A stretch of DNA of 64,000 nucleotides. Source: Clostridia bacterium. GTDB lineage: Bacteria; Bacillota; Clostridia; DUPQ01. The notes under the pieces are model-generated. The model did not search any database and had not been told where the DNA came from. It saw only the letters and a program-made list of their open reading frames with translations. The position numbers and the translations under genes were made by a program. Shown here piece by piece: positions 1-10,212 of the stretch. The stretch covers positions 2,256 through 66,255 of the forward strand of contig JAFGQE010000158.1 in NCBI GenBank assembly GCA_016935835.1, written 5' to 3'. Each line of letters begins with the position of its first letter. Positions within the stretch are counted from its first letter, which is position 1.

Positions 1-618
1 TCTTCGAACATAAGCAGTGAATTATTTGAACAAGGCGACCCCAACAAGACGGAAACGGAAAGATTCGAATGGCATGTCCTGAGAAGAATAAACTCATTGG
101 GAATGCTATGGAACAAAGCAAGCGACGCATTCCTTGGAATACCGGACATGAAGGCCACTCAGAGAAACCGCGCTTTCGATGGATTGCTGTCCCGGGGGCG
201 TGTAAAGGAAATACGCGTAGGGGAAATCGACAAGGAAATGTATATTGACGCCGGGGATGAAGAGCTGTTATATAACGCAGGCATATCCGGGTTGGAATCA
301 AACAGGACGGAGTTCATTGCACCTCTTGACAATATGCTCTGGGACAGGAACCTTGTCCGGGAAGTTTTCGGCTTTGACTACAAATGGGAAATATATACGC
401 CGCAAAAAGACAGGAAATACGGTTATTATACAGTCCCTGTGCTGCACAAAGGCGATTTTGCGGGGAGAATCGAAATATTCAGAAGAAGAAATACAGGGGA
501 ACCATACATCAATGATTTCTGGCCCGAGGAAGGGCTGAAGGAAACAAGCTCCTTGCACGATTCAATCGGCAAATGCCTGGCAAGGCTGGGGGAAATGCAA
601 AAATCCAAAAACAGTTGA
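1..618 (+). CDS. 3' fragment of a YcaQ/AlkZ-like winged-helix protein; the ORF is open to the left window edge
   Basis: Frame 1 has no stop codon from nt 1 to 618, so the ORF-track start at 97 (TTG) is probably internal. The C-terminal motif YGYYTVPVLHKGDFAGRIEIFRRR resembles the conserved C-terminus of the YcaQ/AlkZ (DUF1006) family. Confidence 0.4.
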   Translation, partial: SSNISSELFEQGDPNKTETERFEWHVLRRINSLGMLWNKASDAFLGIPDMKATQRNRAFDGLLSRGRVKEIRVGEIDKEMYIDAGDEELLYNAGISGLESNRTEFIAPLDNMLWDRNLVREVFGFDYKWEIYTPQKDRKYGYYTVPVLHKGDFAGRIEIFRRRNTGEPYINDFWPEEGLKETSSLHDSIGKCLARLGEMQKSKNS

Positions 619-2664
619 TCAATCGGCCGAATTAATGTGCTTTGCATATTCATATAAAAGAACATGGGCGTCGCGGCCGGTCTTTTCCGGAATGGTATAT
701 CTTCCGTCTGATTTGAGCCATCTGGTCCGGTCGGTTTCATTCCAGAGAATATCAATGACGTCAAGGATCCTCTTTTTAATTTTGCCATCCTCGATTGGGA
801 AAAGCGATTCAACCCTCCGGTCGAGGTTTCTGGTCATCATGTCGGCGCTTCCGATATAAATCAAGGGGTCTTCCCCATTATAAAAATAATAGATCCTGCT
901 GTGCTCAAGGTACCTGCCGATGATGCTTTTAACCTTTATGTTTGAGCTGACTCTCTTGACTCCGGGCCTAAGGCAGCAAATTCCCCTCACAATCAGATTT
1001 ATTTCAACGCCCGCCGAGGAAGCCTCGTATAAAAGATTGATTATATCCGGGTCTGACAGACTGTTCATCTTTGCAATGATTTTGGCGGGCCGGCCTTCCC
1101 GGGCGTTTCTAATCTCGTTGCTTATCATCCGGTCAAAAAATCCCCTGAGGCCACCGGGTGCGACGGCGAGCTTTTTCATTCCGGGTTCAACAGTGTATCC
1201 TGTAAGACTATTGAAGACAGATGAGACATCAACCGCAAAGCTTTCCCTGGCGGTGAAAAACCCAAGATCGGTATACAGGCGGGCGGTCCTGTCATTGTAG
1301 TTTCCCGTTCCGAGGTGCATATATCTCTTAATCCCGCTTTTTTCCCTGCGGATAACAAGCAGGAGCTTTGAATGAATTTTAAGTCCCGGGATGCCATAGA
1401 CGACATGGCATCCGGCAAGTTCCAGTTTCCTTGCCCATGTAATATTGTTTTCCTCATCAAAACGGGCCTTCAACTCAACGAGGACCGTGACCTGCTTGCC
1501 ATTGTTCGCAGCCCTTATCAATGCCTGTACCACAGGGGAGTCGCCGCTTACCCGGTAAAGGGCTTGTTTGATTGCAAGGACATCCGGATCATCCGCGGCT
1601 TCATTCAGGAAATCAAGCACTTTGTCAAAGGATTCATAGGGATGGTGGATCAGCAGGTCGCTTTTTGAGATTGCATCGAACATACTTTCCCCGGTTCCAA
1701 ACCGCGGCAAGACGGGATTCTGCTCCGGATATCTTAGGTCAGGAAAGTCAAGGGGAACCTGGTAAAAATCAAAAAGGCAAGACAAGTCTATCGGTCCGTC
1801 TATCAAATATGTATCACTTGAAGAGATACCCAATGCGCTTGACAGGAAGGAACGGGTCTGGCTGTCGGATTTTCTGTCGATTTCCAGCCGGACGGGCAGT
1901 CCCCATTGCCTTTGCCTCACCTGCTGCTCAATCTCTATGAGAAGGTCCACCGCATCGTCTTCATCAATGGAAAGATCCGCATCGCGTGTAACACGAAAAC
2001 AGGTGGAACCAAGAATATCATACCCCTTGAACAAGATCCGTGCTTTTTCAATAATCAAATTCTCAAGGAACAAATAGCATTCATCATTCAAACCGGCGGG
2101 AATCCTGATTATTCGCGGGATAATGGACGGAACCCTGACTATGGCGTGGTGCTCGCCGCCATCCCGTCCCAGGCGAAAAGCTATGTTCAGGGTTTTGTCC
2201 GGGATAAACGGGAAGGGCCTTCCCGCATCGATGGCCATCGGTGTAAGGACTGGGAAAACAATATCGTCGAAATACTCGGACATATACCCGGATTGTCTTT
2301 CTGTCAGGTATTCGGGTTCGGTAAAAGTAATTCCGCTCTTATGCAAAAGGGGGACAAGAGTCTTTGTAAAGCAGCGGTATTGGCGCGAGACCATTCCATG
2401 TATTTTTGCAGTCGCAGACTTCAATTGCTCCGCGGGGGTCAATCCTGATGGTTCGGCCCGAACAAAATCTGCCGAAATTTGTTCTTTCAGACCGGCTATC
2501 CTTACCATGAAGAACTCATCCAGATTGGAGGACACGATTGATATGAATTTTATCCTTTCCAGCAACGGGACCGTTTCATCAATTGCCTCGCCAAGAACGC
2601 GAGAATTGAAATCAAGCCAGCTTAGCTCACGATTTGTGAATGGAAAGGACTTTTCATTCTCCAT
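619..2664 (-). CDS. ppk1: polyphosphate kinase 1
   Basis: 681 aa with an N-terminus (FTNRELSWLDFNSRVLGEA...IKFISIVSSNLDEFFMVR) typical of PPK1. Its ATG overlaps the upstream ppx stop (ATGA). Confidence 0.9.
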   Translation of the reverse strand: MENEKSFPFTNRELSWLDFNSRVLGEAIDETVPLLERIKFISIVSSNLDEFFMVRIAGLKEQISADFVRAEPSGLTPAEQLKSATAKIHGMVSRQYRCFTKTLVPLLHKSGITFTEPEYLTERQSGYMSEYFDDIVFPVLTPMAIDAGRPFPFIPDKTLNIAFRLGRDGGEHHAIVRVPSIIPRIIRIPAGLNDECYLFLENLIIEKARILFKGYDILGSTCFRVTRDADLSIDEDDAVDLLIEIEQQVRQRQWGLPVRLEIDRKSDSQTRSFLSSALGISSSDTYLIDGPIDLSCLFDFYQVPLDFPDLRYPEQNPVLPRFGTGESMFDAISKSDLLIHHPYESFDKVLDFLNEAADDPDVLAIKQALYRVSGDSPVVQALIRAANNGKQVTVLVELKARFDEENNITWARKLELAGCHVVYGIPGLKIHSKLLLVIRREKSGIKRYMHLGTGNYNDRTARLYTDLGFFTARESFAVDVSSVFNSLTGYTVEPGMKKLAVAPGGLRGFFDRMISNEIRNAREGRPAKIIAKMNSLSDPDIINLLYEASSAGVEINLIVRGICCLRPGVKRVSSNIKVKSIIGRYLEHSRIYYFYNGEDPLIYIGSADMMTRNLDRRVESLFPIEDGKIKKRILDVIDILWNETDRTRWLKSDGRYTIPEKTGRDAHVLLYEYAKHINSAD

Positions 2665-4190
2665 CAGAGCTTCCTTTCGACTAAAAGGCGGGCCTGGATA
2701 CCAAAGACATCATTAAAGAAACCAGCCTTTTGCTTAAAAGCCCACTCTTCAAGGATGGCTTCTCCGCCGGCGGTCGCCCTGACCGTCAGCATGTTGTCGG
2801 AAAAAGCCGCCTCCATTTCACTGAACTTCTGAAGATGACTTTTATCAAGAGCATCCGCCAGCCGGATTATTGCGGAAAGTTTTGCGACCAGCACCCGGTC
2901 TTCGGGCGAAAGAGCCAAAAAATTTGCATGCCCGGGAATGGGAATCATCTCACTATGGTACTTGGACACATTCGCGACAATGTCGCGGTCCCGGGTGTTC
3001 AGCCCCGGAAGTTCAAGTTTTTTTATAAGATCATGGGAATGGTCAAAGTGGTCCTTCAGATTAATGAATTTCCCGCAGTCATGGAGTATGCATGCAAGCT
3101 GCAGCAAAAGTTTTTCCCGGTCGCTCAGCCCGTGTATTTCGCGGATTGAATCGAATATAATGGCGGAATAATCAAAGACGGCGGCTATGTGATTTCTGTC
3201 ATAGCGAAACCGCATTGCCGCGAAAATAGCCGAGTTGAGTATGCTCTTGTCAAACTTTGCGTTTACCTGATCGAATTTGTTCGGATACAGCTGTTTATAA
3301 ACCAGCGCATCGCACATATTGATATTGCATCCTGTAAGCGTATCCGATTTGGAGAAGTCCATCAGTATCTTGAAAACCGCGGCGGAAGGCAGCAGGATTT
3401 CGGCCCTTTCGGGAGGAAGGCCGTATTTCTCGTTTATCTGCGCGGGCGTGAGTGTTTTGATGGAATCATAAAAAGCCGTGAACGATTTTCGCGAGATGCT
3501 GAAGAAATTATCAATGATTTCAATGTCCATGAGCTCGGCGATAAGGTCGATTTCCTTTCCGGATGCAATGAATTCAGTTTTGCGGTCCAGGGAAAGCAGA
3601 TTTTTCAGTACATCTATATATGTGCTGATGTATTGCTCTATTATTATATGAAATTTTTTAGTGTATCCTTCGACCGGTTCCAGGATTTCACTCAGCTTCA
3701 GGGAACCTATCCTGATGTTCTGCGTAAATTTTATAAGACCCTTTTCCATTATTGCTATTCCCAGGCTCCCGGTTCCAACGTATGAAATGACCGCGTTTTT
3801 CCATGAACCTTCGTCCCGTCGAAGCATCTCGCGGTACATTATGGTCTTTTCCTCGGGGTCGTCCAATACGCTTATTGTAATTCCGGTCCTAAGCCTGACC
3901 AGGTCGATTATATACTCCTTGTTCTCCGCTTCCCGGAATGCGGTGGTTGCAACTGTCTCGATATTTTCAACCCCGTATTGTGAGGCGGTCTTAATGTAGG
4001 AATTGAGAATTGAACAAAGGCGCTCTGTTTTCTCGAATGAAATTTTCCCCATAGAAAACGTATCATGTCCCAGAAATAGAGGGGCCTGCAGAAACTCCAG
4101 GCATTTGACACCCGGTTTGTTTTGTTCGGCGATTTCCATTCTCACGGCGCTGCTGCCTATATCTATTGCGGCTGCTATCTTGTATGACAT
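2664..4190 (-). CDS. ppx: Ppx/GppA-family exopolyphosphatase with C-terminal HD domain
   Basis: N-terminal IAAAIDIGSSAVRMEI is the actin-like Ppx/GppA fold motif, and the C-terminal half has an HD motif (ILHDCGKFI). Start placed at the internal Met (MSYKIAA) preceded by an AAGGA RBS, rather than the ORF-track start at 4340. Confidence 0.75.
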   Translation of the reverse strand: MSYKIAAAIDIGSSAVRMEIAEQNKPGVKCLEFLQAPLFLGHDTFSMGKISFEKTERLCSILNSYIKTASQYGVENIETVATTAFREAENKEYIIDLVRLRTGITISVLDDPEEKTIMYREMLRRDEGSWKNAVISYVGTGSLGIAIMEKGLIKFTQNIRIGSLKLSEILEPVEGYTKKFHIIIEQYISTYIDVLKNLLSLDRKTEFIASGKEIDLIAELMDIEIIDNFFSISRKSFTAFYDSIKTLTPAQINEKYGLPPERAEILLPSAAVFKILMDFSKSDTLTGCNINMCDALVYKQLYPNKFDQVNAKFDKSILNSAIFAAMRFRYDRNHIAAVFDYSAIIFDSIREIHGLSDREKLLLQLACILHDCGKFINLKDHFDHSHDLIKKLELPGLNTRDRDIVANVSKYHSEMIPIPGHANFLALSPEDRVLVAKLSAIIRLADALDKSHLQKFSEMEAAFSDNMLTVRATAGGEAILEEWAFKQKAGFFNDVFGIQARLLVERKL

Positions 4191-4331
4191 CGGGCAAATC
4201 CTTTTTTGGGCTTTTGCTATATCATTATGATAATTTAATGGTGTGATAATGTAAAGGGCGGGGAATGTTAAACAATCCCCGATGTGCAATTTGACAATAC
4301 ATATTGGAAAAAACTGTGATAAAATATTTCC

Positions 4332-4946
4332 ATGGTACAAAGGATAGTCCTTGGAATAGCCGGGGGTACGGGATCAGGCAAGACAACGCTCGCAAAAGGC
4401 ATTAAGAATACGCTGGGGGAAAACGCGGTTTTATTATGCCATGATTTTTATTATAATAAAAACGATGACATGCCTTATGAAGACAGATGCAGGCTCAATT
4501 ATGACCATCCCGATTCCCTTGAGACAGATCTTTTGATAAGGCATCTGAAAAAACTGAAGGACGGGGAAAGCATCGAGCGCCCTGTATATTCTTTCGTAAC
4601 GCATACGAGGCTTGATGAAACGATTGAGGTCAGGCCGGCTAAGGTCATCATTATCGAAGGAGTGCTTCTTTTTGAAAATCCTGAGCTGAGGGATGTCATG
4701 GACATAAAGGTTTATGTGGACACTGATTCGGACATAAGACTGGCGAGAAGGATAGAGCGTGATGTAAACGAAAGGGGAAGAAGCCTTAAATCGGTTCTCG
4801 AGCAATATATAAATACGGTAAAGCCAATGCATGACAGGTTTGTCGAGCCAAGCAGAAAATATGCGGATGTTATTATCCCCGAGGGCGGATACAATCAGGT
4901 GGTGCTGTCGATGATAACCGACAGGCTGAAGTCGTTCCTCGGTTGA
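4332..4946 (+). CDS. udk: uridine kinase
   Basis: 204 aa with a P-loop GIAGGTGSGKTT and overall uridine/cytidine kinase-like sequence. Confidence 0.85.
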   Translation: MVQRIVLGIAGGTGSGKTTLAKGIKNTLGENAVLLCHDFYYNKNDDMPYEDRCRLNYDHPDSLETDLLIRHLKKLKDGESIERPVYSFVTHTRLDETIEVRPAKVIIIEGVLLFENPELRDVMDIKVYVDTDSDIRLARRIERDVNERGRSLKSVLEQYINTVKPMHDRFVEPSRKYADVIIPEGGYNQVVLSMITDRLKSFLG

Positions 4947-5034
4947 TCAGCCGGCCGGCAGGAGACCGGACTGTGGATATTAATTATATATAATGGTAAA
5001 ATGAATGCACAATACCGAAAGGGTGGAGTTTATC

Positions 5035-7053
5035 ATGAAAAAGTTTATTGGCGTTTTCTTGTCGATGGTTTTGGTTTTCACACTGCTTCCAATAGCCCGG
5101 GCAGAAGCTTCCCCGGCCATAGTATCCGTCACCGCCCCTCAGATTGACAATATGGTTTATTTTTCCGGCGGCCATGTCAGGGTCGTTTGTGAAAATACGG
5201 AATTCACCAAAACCGGGGTAGAGGTGGATGTCATGTATTCGACCGTTGAGACTGTCTATAATCTGGAGATAATAGATGATGTCACGATAGAATTCGATTT
5301 GAAGCTGTATCAGGCCCCGGTAATGAATTATGGGCTTCGCCTTGAGATACCGATGGATATAGGCGCACCATTAAGCATATTCAAGAGCAACTGCATAGAA
5401 GTAAGGCGCGGCCACATTGACTTTGACATCAATCCGATAACTGCCGATGAGCTTACAAACAACGGGCTGACGGTGAAATTTTACAATCCTCCGGAGGACA
5501 TCAATGGAGCATTCCAGTTTGATGGAGTCGTAGTGGCGCATTCGAAGATCAGCGACAGGGTTTTCAGGATTTACCCCGAAAGAGAAAAATTCGCAGGAAA
5601 GACCGAGGCGGAAATCCGGTTTATATACGAAGGCAACTATTATAGGAAAACCCTGTATATAGTGGATAATGAGATATGGATGGATCCGCCCGTCATCTCA
5701 CGCTCCGAACCGGTTGATTTTTATATAAATGCAATGAATATTGAATTCCCGGCTGACAAAGACGACATATCCCTTGTAATAAGGGGAAAGGGAAGGTACA
5801 TTGACCTAAACGACATTACAATCGTAGATTCGAAAAAAATCCATGTCTTCACGCCCCTGCCTCTTTCGGCGGGGACATATGACCTGAATATAACATGGCC
5901 CGGCCTGGGAATGACATACACCATTCCGCTTGTCATAACAAAAAGTACGGTGCTGAGCGACATGGCCCTTGATGAAGCTGTTGAAGATGCTGTTTATGAA
6001 ACATATTACGGATTCGACCTTGCGGTGAACGGAAATATAGCAGAAAAATATCTCGCCAGCGAAAAGAAGGTGATTGATTTTTCCGACAGGCCGCTTGAAA
6101 AAATTTACCTGCTGATTGAAAACGAAAGCGTAAATATGCTGGCAAATGCCGGAAAAGGACTTGATATTATATTCGAGGATTGCAAGATTACAATACCGGG
6201 CGACGCCCTTGCCCTTGGAAGGACAAAGGATTTGTATGCGATATTAGATAACGGAAAGGAAATCGAAGGCCTTGATGTCAAGTTCTTCCCTCCTGTCGAA
6301 GGCATATATATAGATACAAACATCAGCTGGTTCAAAATTGAGGTCCCCGAGCCAAGCAACCTTTATTCATACGAAGGCATAAAGGCAATGCATTATTATG
6401 TGGAGACCGGGCTCATAAATATCGGGGCCGCATATGAAAGCGGGATGTTTTCATGTGAAGCCGGACCGACCGGGGTTTATCAGTTTGTACTCGAGGGAAT
6501 GTCCTTCAGTGATATCTCGGCAGGCTATTGGGGCGCTGAATACATCTACCCGCTGTCCTCGCTTGATATAATAGATGGAATGGGGGACGGGACATTTCTC
6601 CCTGAAGGACTTGTAACAAACGCACAGTTCACAAAGCTTGTCTGTGAGGCAATCGGACTGGAAACAAACTCAACGCTCAGCGGATTTGCCGATGTTGACA
6701 TGGATTCATGGTATTATCCATATGTATGCGCAATGGAATCCGCCGGCATCATCGAGGGAACATACTTCAATCCGGACAAGCCGATGAAAAGACTGGACAT
6801 GGCAAAGGCAGTAACAAGGGCCTATGCATACTATTCCGGGGCAGACATTTCAGCACTGGCGTCGGAATCCGAGGAAGGATTCCTTGACATAGCCCAGCTG
6901 AGCATAAGCGACCGGGAGCATATAAAAGCGGCATATGAACTTGGGATAATTAATGGAATGACCGCAACGATATTCGCTCCCGACGGAAATGCAACCCGCT
7001 CACAGGCCGCGGCTATGATTTTCAGGCTGTTGCAGGCCATGGGCATAGCCTGA
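5035..7053 (+). CDS. secreted S-layer-homology (SLH) domain surface protein
   Basis: N-terminal signal peptide MKKFIGVFLSMVLVFTLLPIARA. C-terminal repeats (FSDISAGYWGAEYIYPLSSLDIIDGMGDGTFLPEGLVTNAQF...; DVDMDSWYYPYVCAME...) match SLH domains. Start placed at Met 5035 behind an AAGGGTGGAG RBS. Confidence 0.7.
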   Translation: MKKFIGVFLSMVLVFTLLPIARAEASPAIVSVTAPQIDNMVYFSGGHVRVVCENTEFTKTGVEVDVMYSTVETVYNLEIIDDVTIEFDLKLYQAPVMNYGLRLEIPMDIGAPLSIFKSNCIEVRRGHIDFDINPITADELTNNGLTVKFYNPPEDINGAFQFDGVVVAHSKISDRVFRIYPEREKFAGKTEAEIRFIYEGNYYRKTLYIVDNEIWMDPPVISRSEPVDFYINAMNIEFPADKDDISLVIRGKGRYIDLNDITIVDSKKIHVFTPLPLSAGTYDLNITWPGLGMTYTIPLVITKSTVLSDMALDEAVEDAVYETYYGFDLAVNGNIAEKYLASEKKVIDFSDRPLEKIYLLIENESVNMLANAGKGLDIIFEDCKITIPGDALALGRTKDLYAILDNGKEIEGLDVKFFPPVEGIYIDTNISWFKIEVPEPSNLYSYEGIKAMHYYVETGLINIGAAYESGMFSCEAGPTGVYQFVLEGMSFSDISAGYWGAEYIYPLSSLDIIDGMGDGTFLPEGLVTNAQFTKLVCEAIGLETNSTLSGFADVDMDSWYYPYVCAMESAGIIEGTYFNPDKPMKRLDMAKAVTRAYAYYSGADISALASESEEGFLDIAQLSISDREHIKAAYELGIINGMTATIFAPDGNATRSQAAAMIFRLLQAMGIA

Positions 7054-7069
7054 TCAACAGGAATGCGAT

Positions 7070-7096
7070 GCCCCTGCTAAAGCGGGGGCTTTTTTT
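7070..7096 (+). terminator. intrinsic terminator after SLH gene
   Basis: Hairpin GCCCCTGC-taaa-GCGGGGGC followed by T7. Confidence 0.6.
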
Positions 7097-7185
7097 ATAA
7101 AGCTATTTTATAAATACCAACGGAGAGCAGGCCGTATTGAAAAAATTTTCCGATGTAGTAATATATTGAAACAAGGGGCTGGGGA

Positions 7186-8361
7186 ATGCATTTAGCAGAA
7201 ATGCCAATAGGTGAACTGGCAGGGGTAAAGTACAAATGTTCCTGCAATAGAACGCATTCGGTTGATATCGACTTGATTGACATATCGGAAAACGCCAATG
7301 AAAATGCAATCAGATATCTGGCGGACAAATATCCCGGCAAAAAGACCTTGATTTGCGATGACAACACATACCGTGCGGCGGGGAAGCAAATAGAGGATGG
7401 GCTGGCCAATGCCGGGCAAGTTCCGGCGGTTCATGTCGTGCAGGGGAGGAATGGACTTGCCATTGCTCCCGACGACGCTGCCATTGGAAGCGTCCTTGCA
7501 AGAATTGAAAGAGGCACGGATCATTTCATAGCCGTGGGATCAGGTGTAATAAACGACATAACAAGGCAGATAAGCTACAAGACGGGCGCCGGCTATACGG
7601 TGGTTGCCACTGCTCCCTCAATGGACGGATATGCATCGGTCACATCCTCATTGATAATAAACAATGTCAAGGAAAGCATACAGGGACAATATCCCCGGGC
7701 AATATTCGGACAAACGGACGTTTTGAAAAATGCTCCGTATGAGATGCTTACAGCCGGCTTCGGGGATGTAGTCGGAAAATACAACGCCCTGCGTGAATGG
7801 CGCTTTGGACGGGACCTGAACGGGGAGCATTATTGCGCGGAAATCGCAAAACTTGTGGAGAAAGCCGTGGCAAAGTGCAGGCAAAGCTCGGGAGGACTGA
7901 AAAAGAGGGATGAGAAGGCAGTGGTGAATACCATGGAAGCGCTGGTTCTGGCCGGAATGGCAATGGGCCTTTATGGCGGCACACGGCCTGCGTCCGGTGC
8001 AGAGCACCATATGGTGCACTACTGGGATGTCGACTGCATACGCAGAGGCGTTGAACACGAGTTGCATGGCAATTCGGTGGGAATCGGGACGGTTGTCATC
8101 TGCAGATTGTTCGATATGGTAAGGGACAGGCTGCCTGTAGAAGTCGATTACATTGACGCGGATGAAATAGAGTTGATATTGAAGGACGCAGGGTGCAAAA
8201 CTTCCCCGGTCGAGGCTGGAATAGACAGGGATCTTTTCAAGAGAAGTATAATGTACGGAAACACTATGTCGTCGAAGTTCACGGTGCTTGAATATCTTGC
8301 CCGAAAAAACCCGCGGCTGCTTGAGGAAACAGCCGGCAATCTATGCGATTTATATTATTGA
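7186..8361 (+). CDS. sn-glycerol-1-phosphate dehydrogenase-like (AraM/EgsA, DHQS-like iron-ADH superfamily)
   Basis: 391 aa. GSGVINDITRQISYKTG...TAPSMDGY...GFGD motifs are typical of the G1PDH / glycerol dehydrogenase-like group. Confidence 0.55.
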   Translation: MHLAEMPIGELAGVKYKCSCNRTHSVDIDLIDISENANENAIRYLADKYPGKKTLICDDNTYRAAGKQIEDGLANAGQVPAVHVVQGRNGLAIAPDDAAIGSVLARIERGTDHFIAVGSGVINDITRQISYKTGAGYTVVATAPSMDGYASVTSSLIINNVKESIQGQYPRAIFGQTDVLKNAPYEMLTAGFGDVVGKYNALREWRFGRDLNGEHYCAEIAKLVEKAVAKCRQSSGGLKKRDEKAVVNTMEALVLAGMAMGLYGGTRPASGAEHHMVHYWDVDCIRRGVEHELHGNSVGIGTVVICRLFDMVRDRLPVEVDYIDADEIELILKDAGCKTSPVEAGIDRDLFKRSIMYGNTMSSKFTVLEYLARKNPRLLEETAGNLCDLYY

Positions 8362-8395
8362 CAGCCTGTAAGCAATCATCATAAAGGAGCGGGAC

Positions 8396-9952
8396 ATGAA
8401 GACAGACATAAGCTTGACAAGGAACCGTGGATTCCAATGGCATTCAAGGAATGGAATAAGCGTAAAGGGTTATTTTTACATCGATGGTAAATATATGCCG
8501 GTTGAGTCAGTTCCCGGCATATTTGAAAGCGTAATGACCAAGGAAGATTTCATTGGGCTGGCAGGCAGGATAAACGGATGCTTTGCAATTGTTATGACGC
8601 GTGACGACCGGGTGTATGCAGCCGTTGATACCATAAGGAGTTTCCCGATTTTCCATGCGATCAAGGATGGGGTTTTGTATTTGGGCGACGATGCCCATGG
8701 CATCGCGGCGAAAACCGGTTTTACTGAAATAAACAACAACGGATTGATTGACTATCTGCATTCAGGATGTGTTTTTTTCAATGAAACGCTTGTTGAGAAT
8801 ATTTTTCAAATAAGCGCGATGCATTGCCTTGTGTATGACAAAAAGGATTCCAAGGCGGAATACATAAGATATAAGACGCTTTTTACAAAAGACTACAAAA
8901 TATACGACAAGGGTACTGCGGCAAAACAATTGGATGATGTGTTCATGAAGGCCGCAAGGCGCCTTGTCGAGTCGCTTGAAGGAAGAACCGCGGTGGTTGC
9001 CCTTAGCGGAGGGGTTGATTCCAGGGCGTGCCTTTTGATGCTGAAGCTGCTTGGATATGAGAATGTCATATGCCTTACGTACGGGTGGCGGAACAGTCCC
9101 GAGTTCAATCCGGCGATAAAGGTCGCAGAGTTTTTTGGCTGCAGGCACATACTGATGGAATACGACAGAAAACAGTGGCGCAGAACCTACCGGGACAGTG
9201 AAAGCCTTGATTACATTAAATATGCGGGAAACCTGACTTCGATCGCACATATGCAGGAGCATTATATAGTCCGAGAACTTAAGGCGAAGAAAGCCATACC
9301 GGCGGATTCTGTTTTCATTACCGGACATATCGGGGTGATTGCAAATGGTAAGTTTGATGAAGACAAGGAGTACACCAGGGAACAGATATATGAAACAATG
9401 TGGAAATACTACATGAAGCTTTATTCCCTTAAGGGTCGTAGAAAGGATTATTATTACCGCAGGTTTTCGGAGTATTTCCCGGCGGGGGATAAATTTACCG
9501 GCAGGCAGGCGGAGCACATATATGAAAACGCAGGTTATGACATTGTCAGGAGCAAGCATATAATAAATTCCCACAGGCTTTACGAGTTGTATGGCTTCGA
9601 ATGGAGGGCTCCGCTTATGGATTATGAGGTCATGGACAGCTTTGAATCCATGGCGCCTGTAATAAGGGACAGGAAAAAGGAGTTTTTCATAAACTATGTC
9701 ACGGAAAGAACCGGAAAGGACAATGAGGCCGCGGACCTTGAGGCCATGTATATTGTAAAGGCATTCAGAAATCTGAGAAATCCGGTGTACGCGATCATCA
9801 CTCCCGCCAGATTTCTGTTTTCAGGCTATAAGAAGTGCCTTCTGCCGCCTTTTCCCGTCAGGCAGTACAGGTTTCTCAGAAGATTTTACTCTTATTGCGC
9901 GTTGCAGGAAATCAAGCTGATCAAAGGATGGCTTGAAGCGAATGAGGGCTAG
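8396..9952 (+). CDS. asparagine synthetase-like PP-loop ATP pyrophosphatase, without the N-terminal catalytic Cys
   Basis: VVALSGGVDSRACLLMLK is an SGGxDS PP-loop. The N-terminal domain resembles the AsnB amidotransferase fold but has no Cys2. Confidence 0.5.
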   Translation: MKTDISLTRNRGFQWHSRNGISVKGYFYIDGKYMPVESVPGIFESVMTKEDFIGLAGRINGCFAIVMTRDDRVYAAVDTIRSFPIFHAIKDGVLYLGDDAHGIAAKTGFTEINNNGLIDYLHSGCVFFNETLVENIFQISAMHCLVYDKKDSKAEYIRYKTLFTKDYKIYDKGTAAKQLDDVFMKAARRLVESLEGRTAVVALSGGVDSRACLLMLKLLGYENVICLTYGWRNSPEFNPAIKVAEFFGCRHILMEYDRKQWRRTYRDSESLDYIKYAGNLTSIAHMQEHYIVRELKAKKAIPADSVFITGHIGVIANGKFDEDKEYTREQIYETMWKYYMKLYSLKGRRKDYYYRRFSEYFPAGDKFTGRQAEHIYENAGYDIVRSKHIINSHRLYELYGFEWRAPLMDYEVMDSFESMAPVIRDRKKEFFINYVTERTGKDNEAADLEAMYIVKAFRNLRNPVYAIITPARFLFSGYKKCLLPPFPVRQYRFLRRFYSYCALQEIKLIKGWLEANEG

Positions 9953-10212
9953 GGGTCAAGCGCCCGGCGGAAAACACTTTCTATGATTTCCCGGGTTGCT
10001 ATGCCCTCGTGGACTTTCCTTTCCCCTATATAAAAGGCGGGCACATAATAGTAATCATATTTTGCCGCAAGGAACGGATGCAAAAGCTCATCGATAATCT
10101 TGATTTCAAGATTGGCATACAGATGATTCCCGTCGATGATTTCCTTCATCCAATGGCGGGCCCGCCGGCAATAGGGGCAGACCGCCATTGTGAACATTAT
10201 GATTTCCTTCAT
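9949..10212 (-). CDS. glutaredoxin-like small redox protein
   Basis: CPYC active-site motif in a roughly 87 aa thioredoxin-fold protein. Start placed at MKEII, directly abutting the upstream stop. Confidence 0.5.
   Translation of the reverse strand: MKEIIMFTMAVCPYCRRARHWMKEIIDGNHLYANLEIKIIDELLHPFLAAKYDYYYVPAFYIGERKVHEGIATREIIESVFRRALDP

Noticed and set aside
97-618. A complete 173-aa gene starting at nt 97
   Set aside because: The reading frame is open all the way to nt 1, so this is the 3' part of a longer gene truncated by the window edge.
2664-4340. The 558-aa version of ppx
   Set aside because: The first 50 residues are non-conserved. An internal Met preceded by AAGGA aligns with the start of the Ppx/GppA fold.
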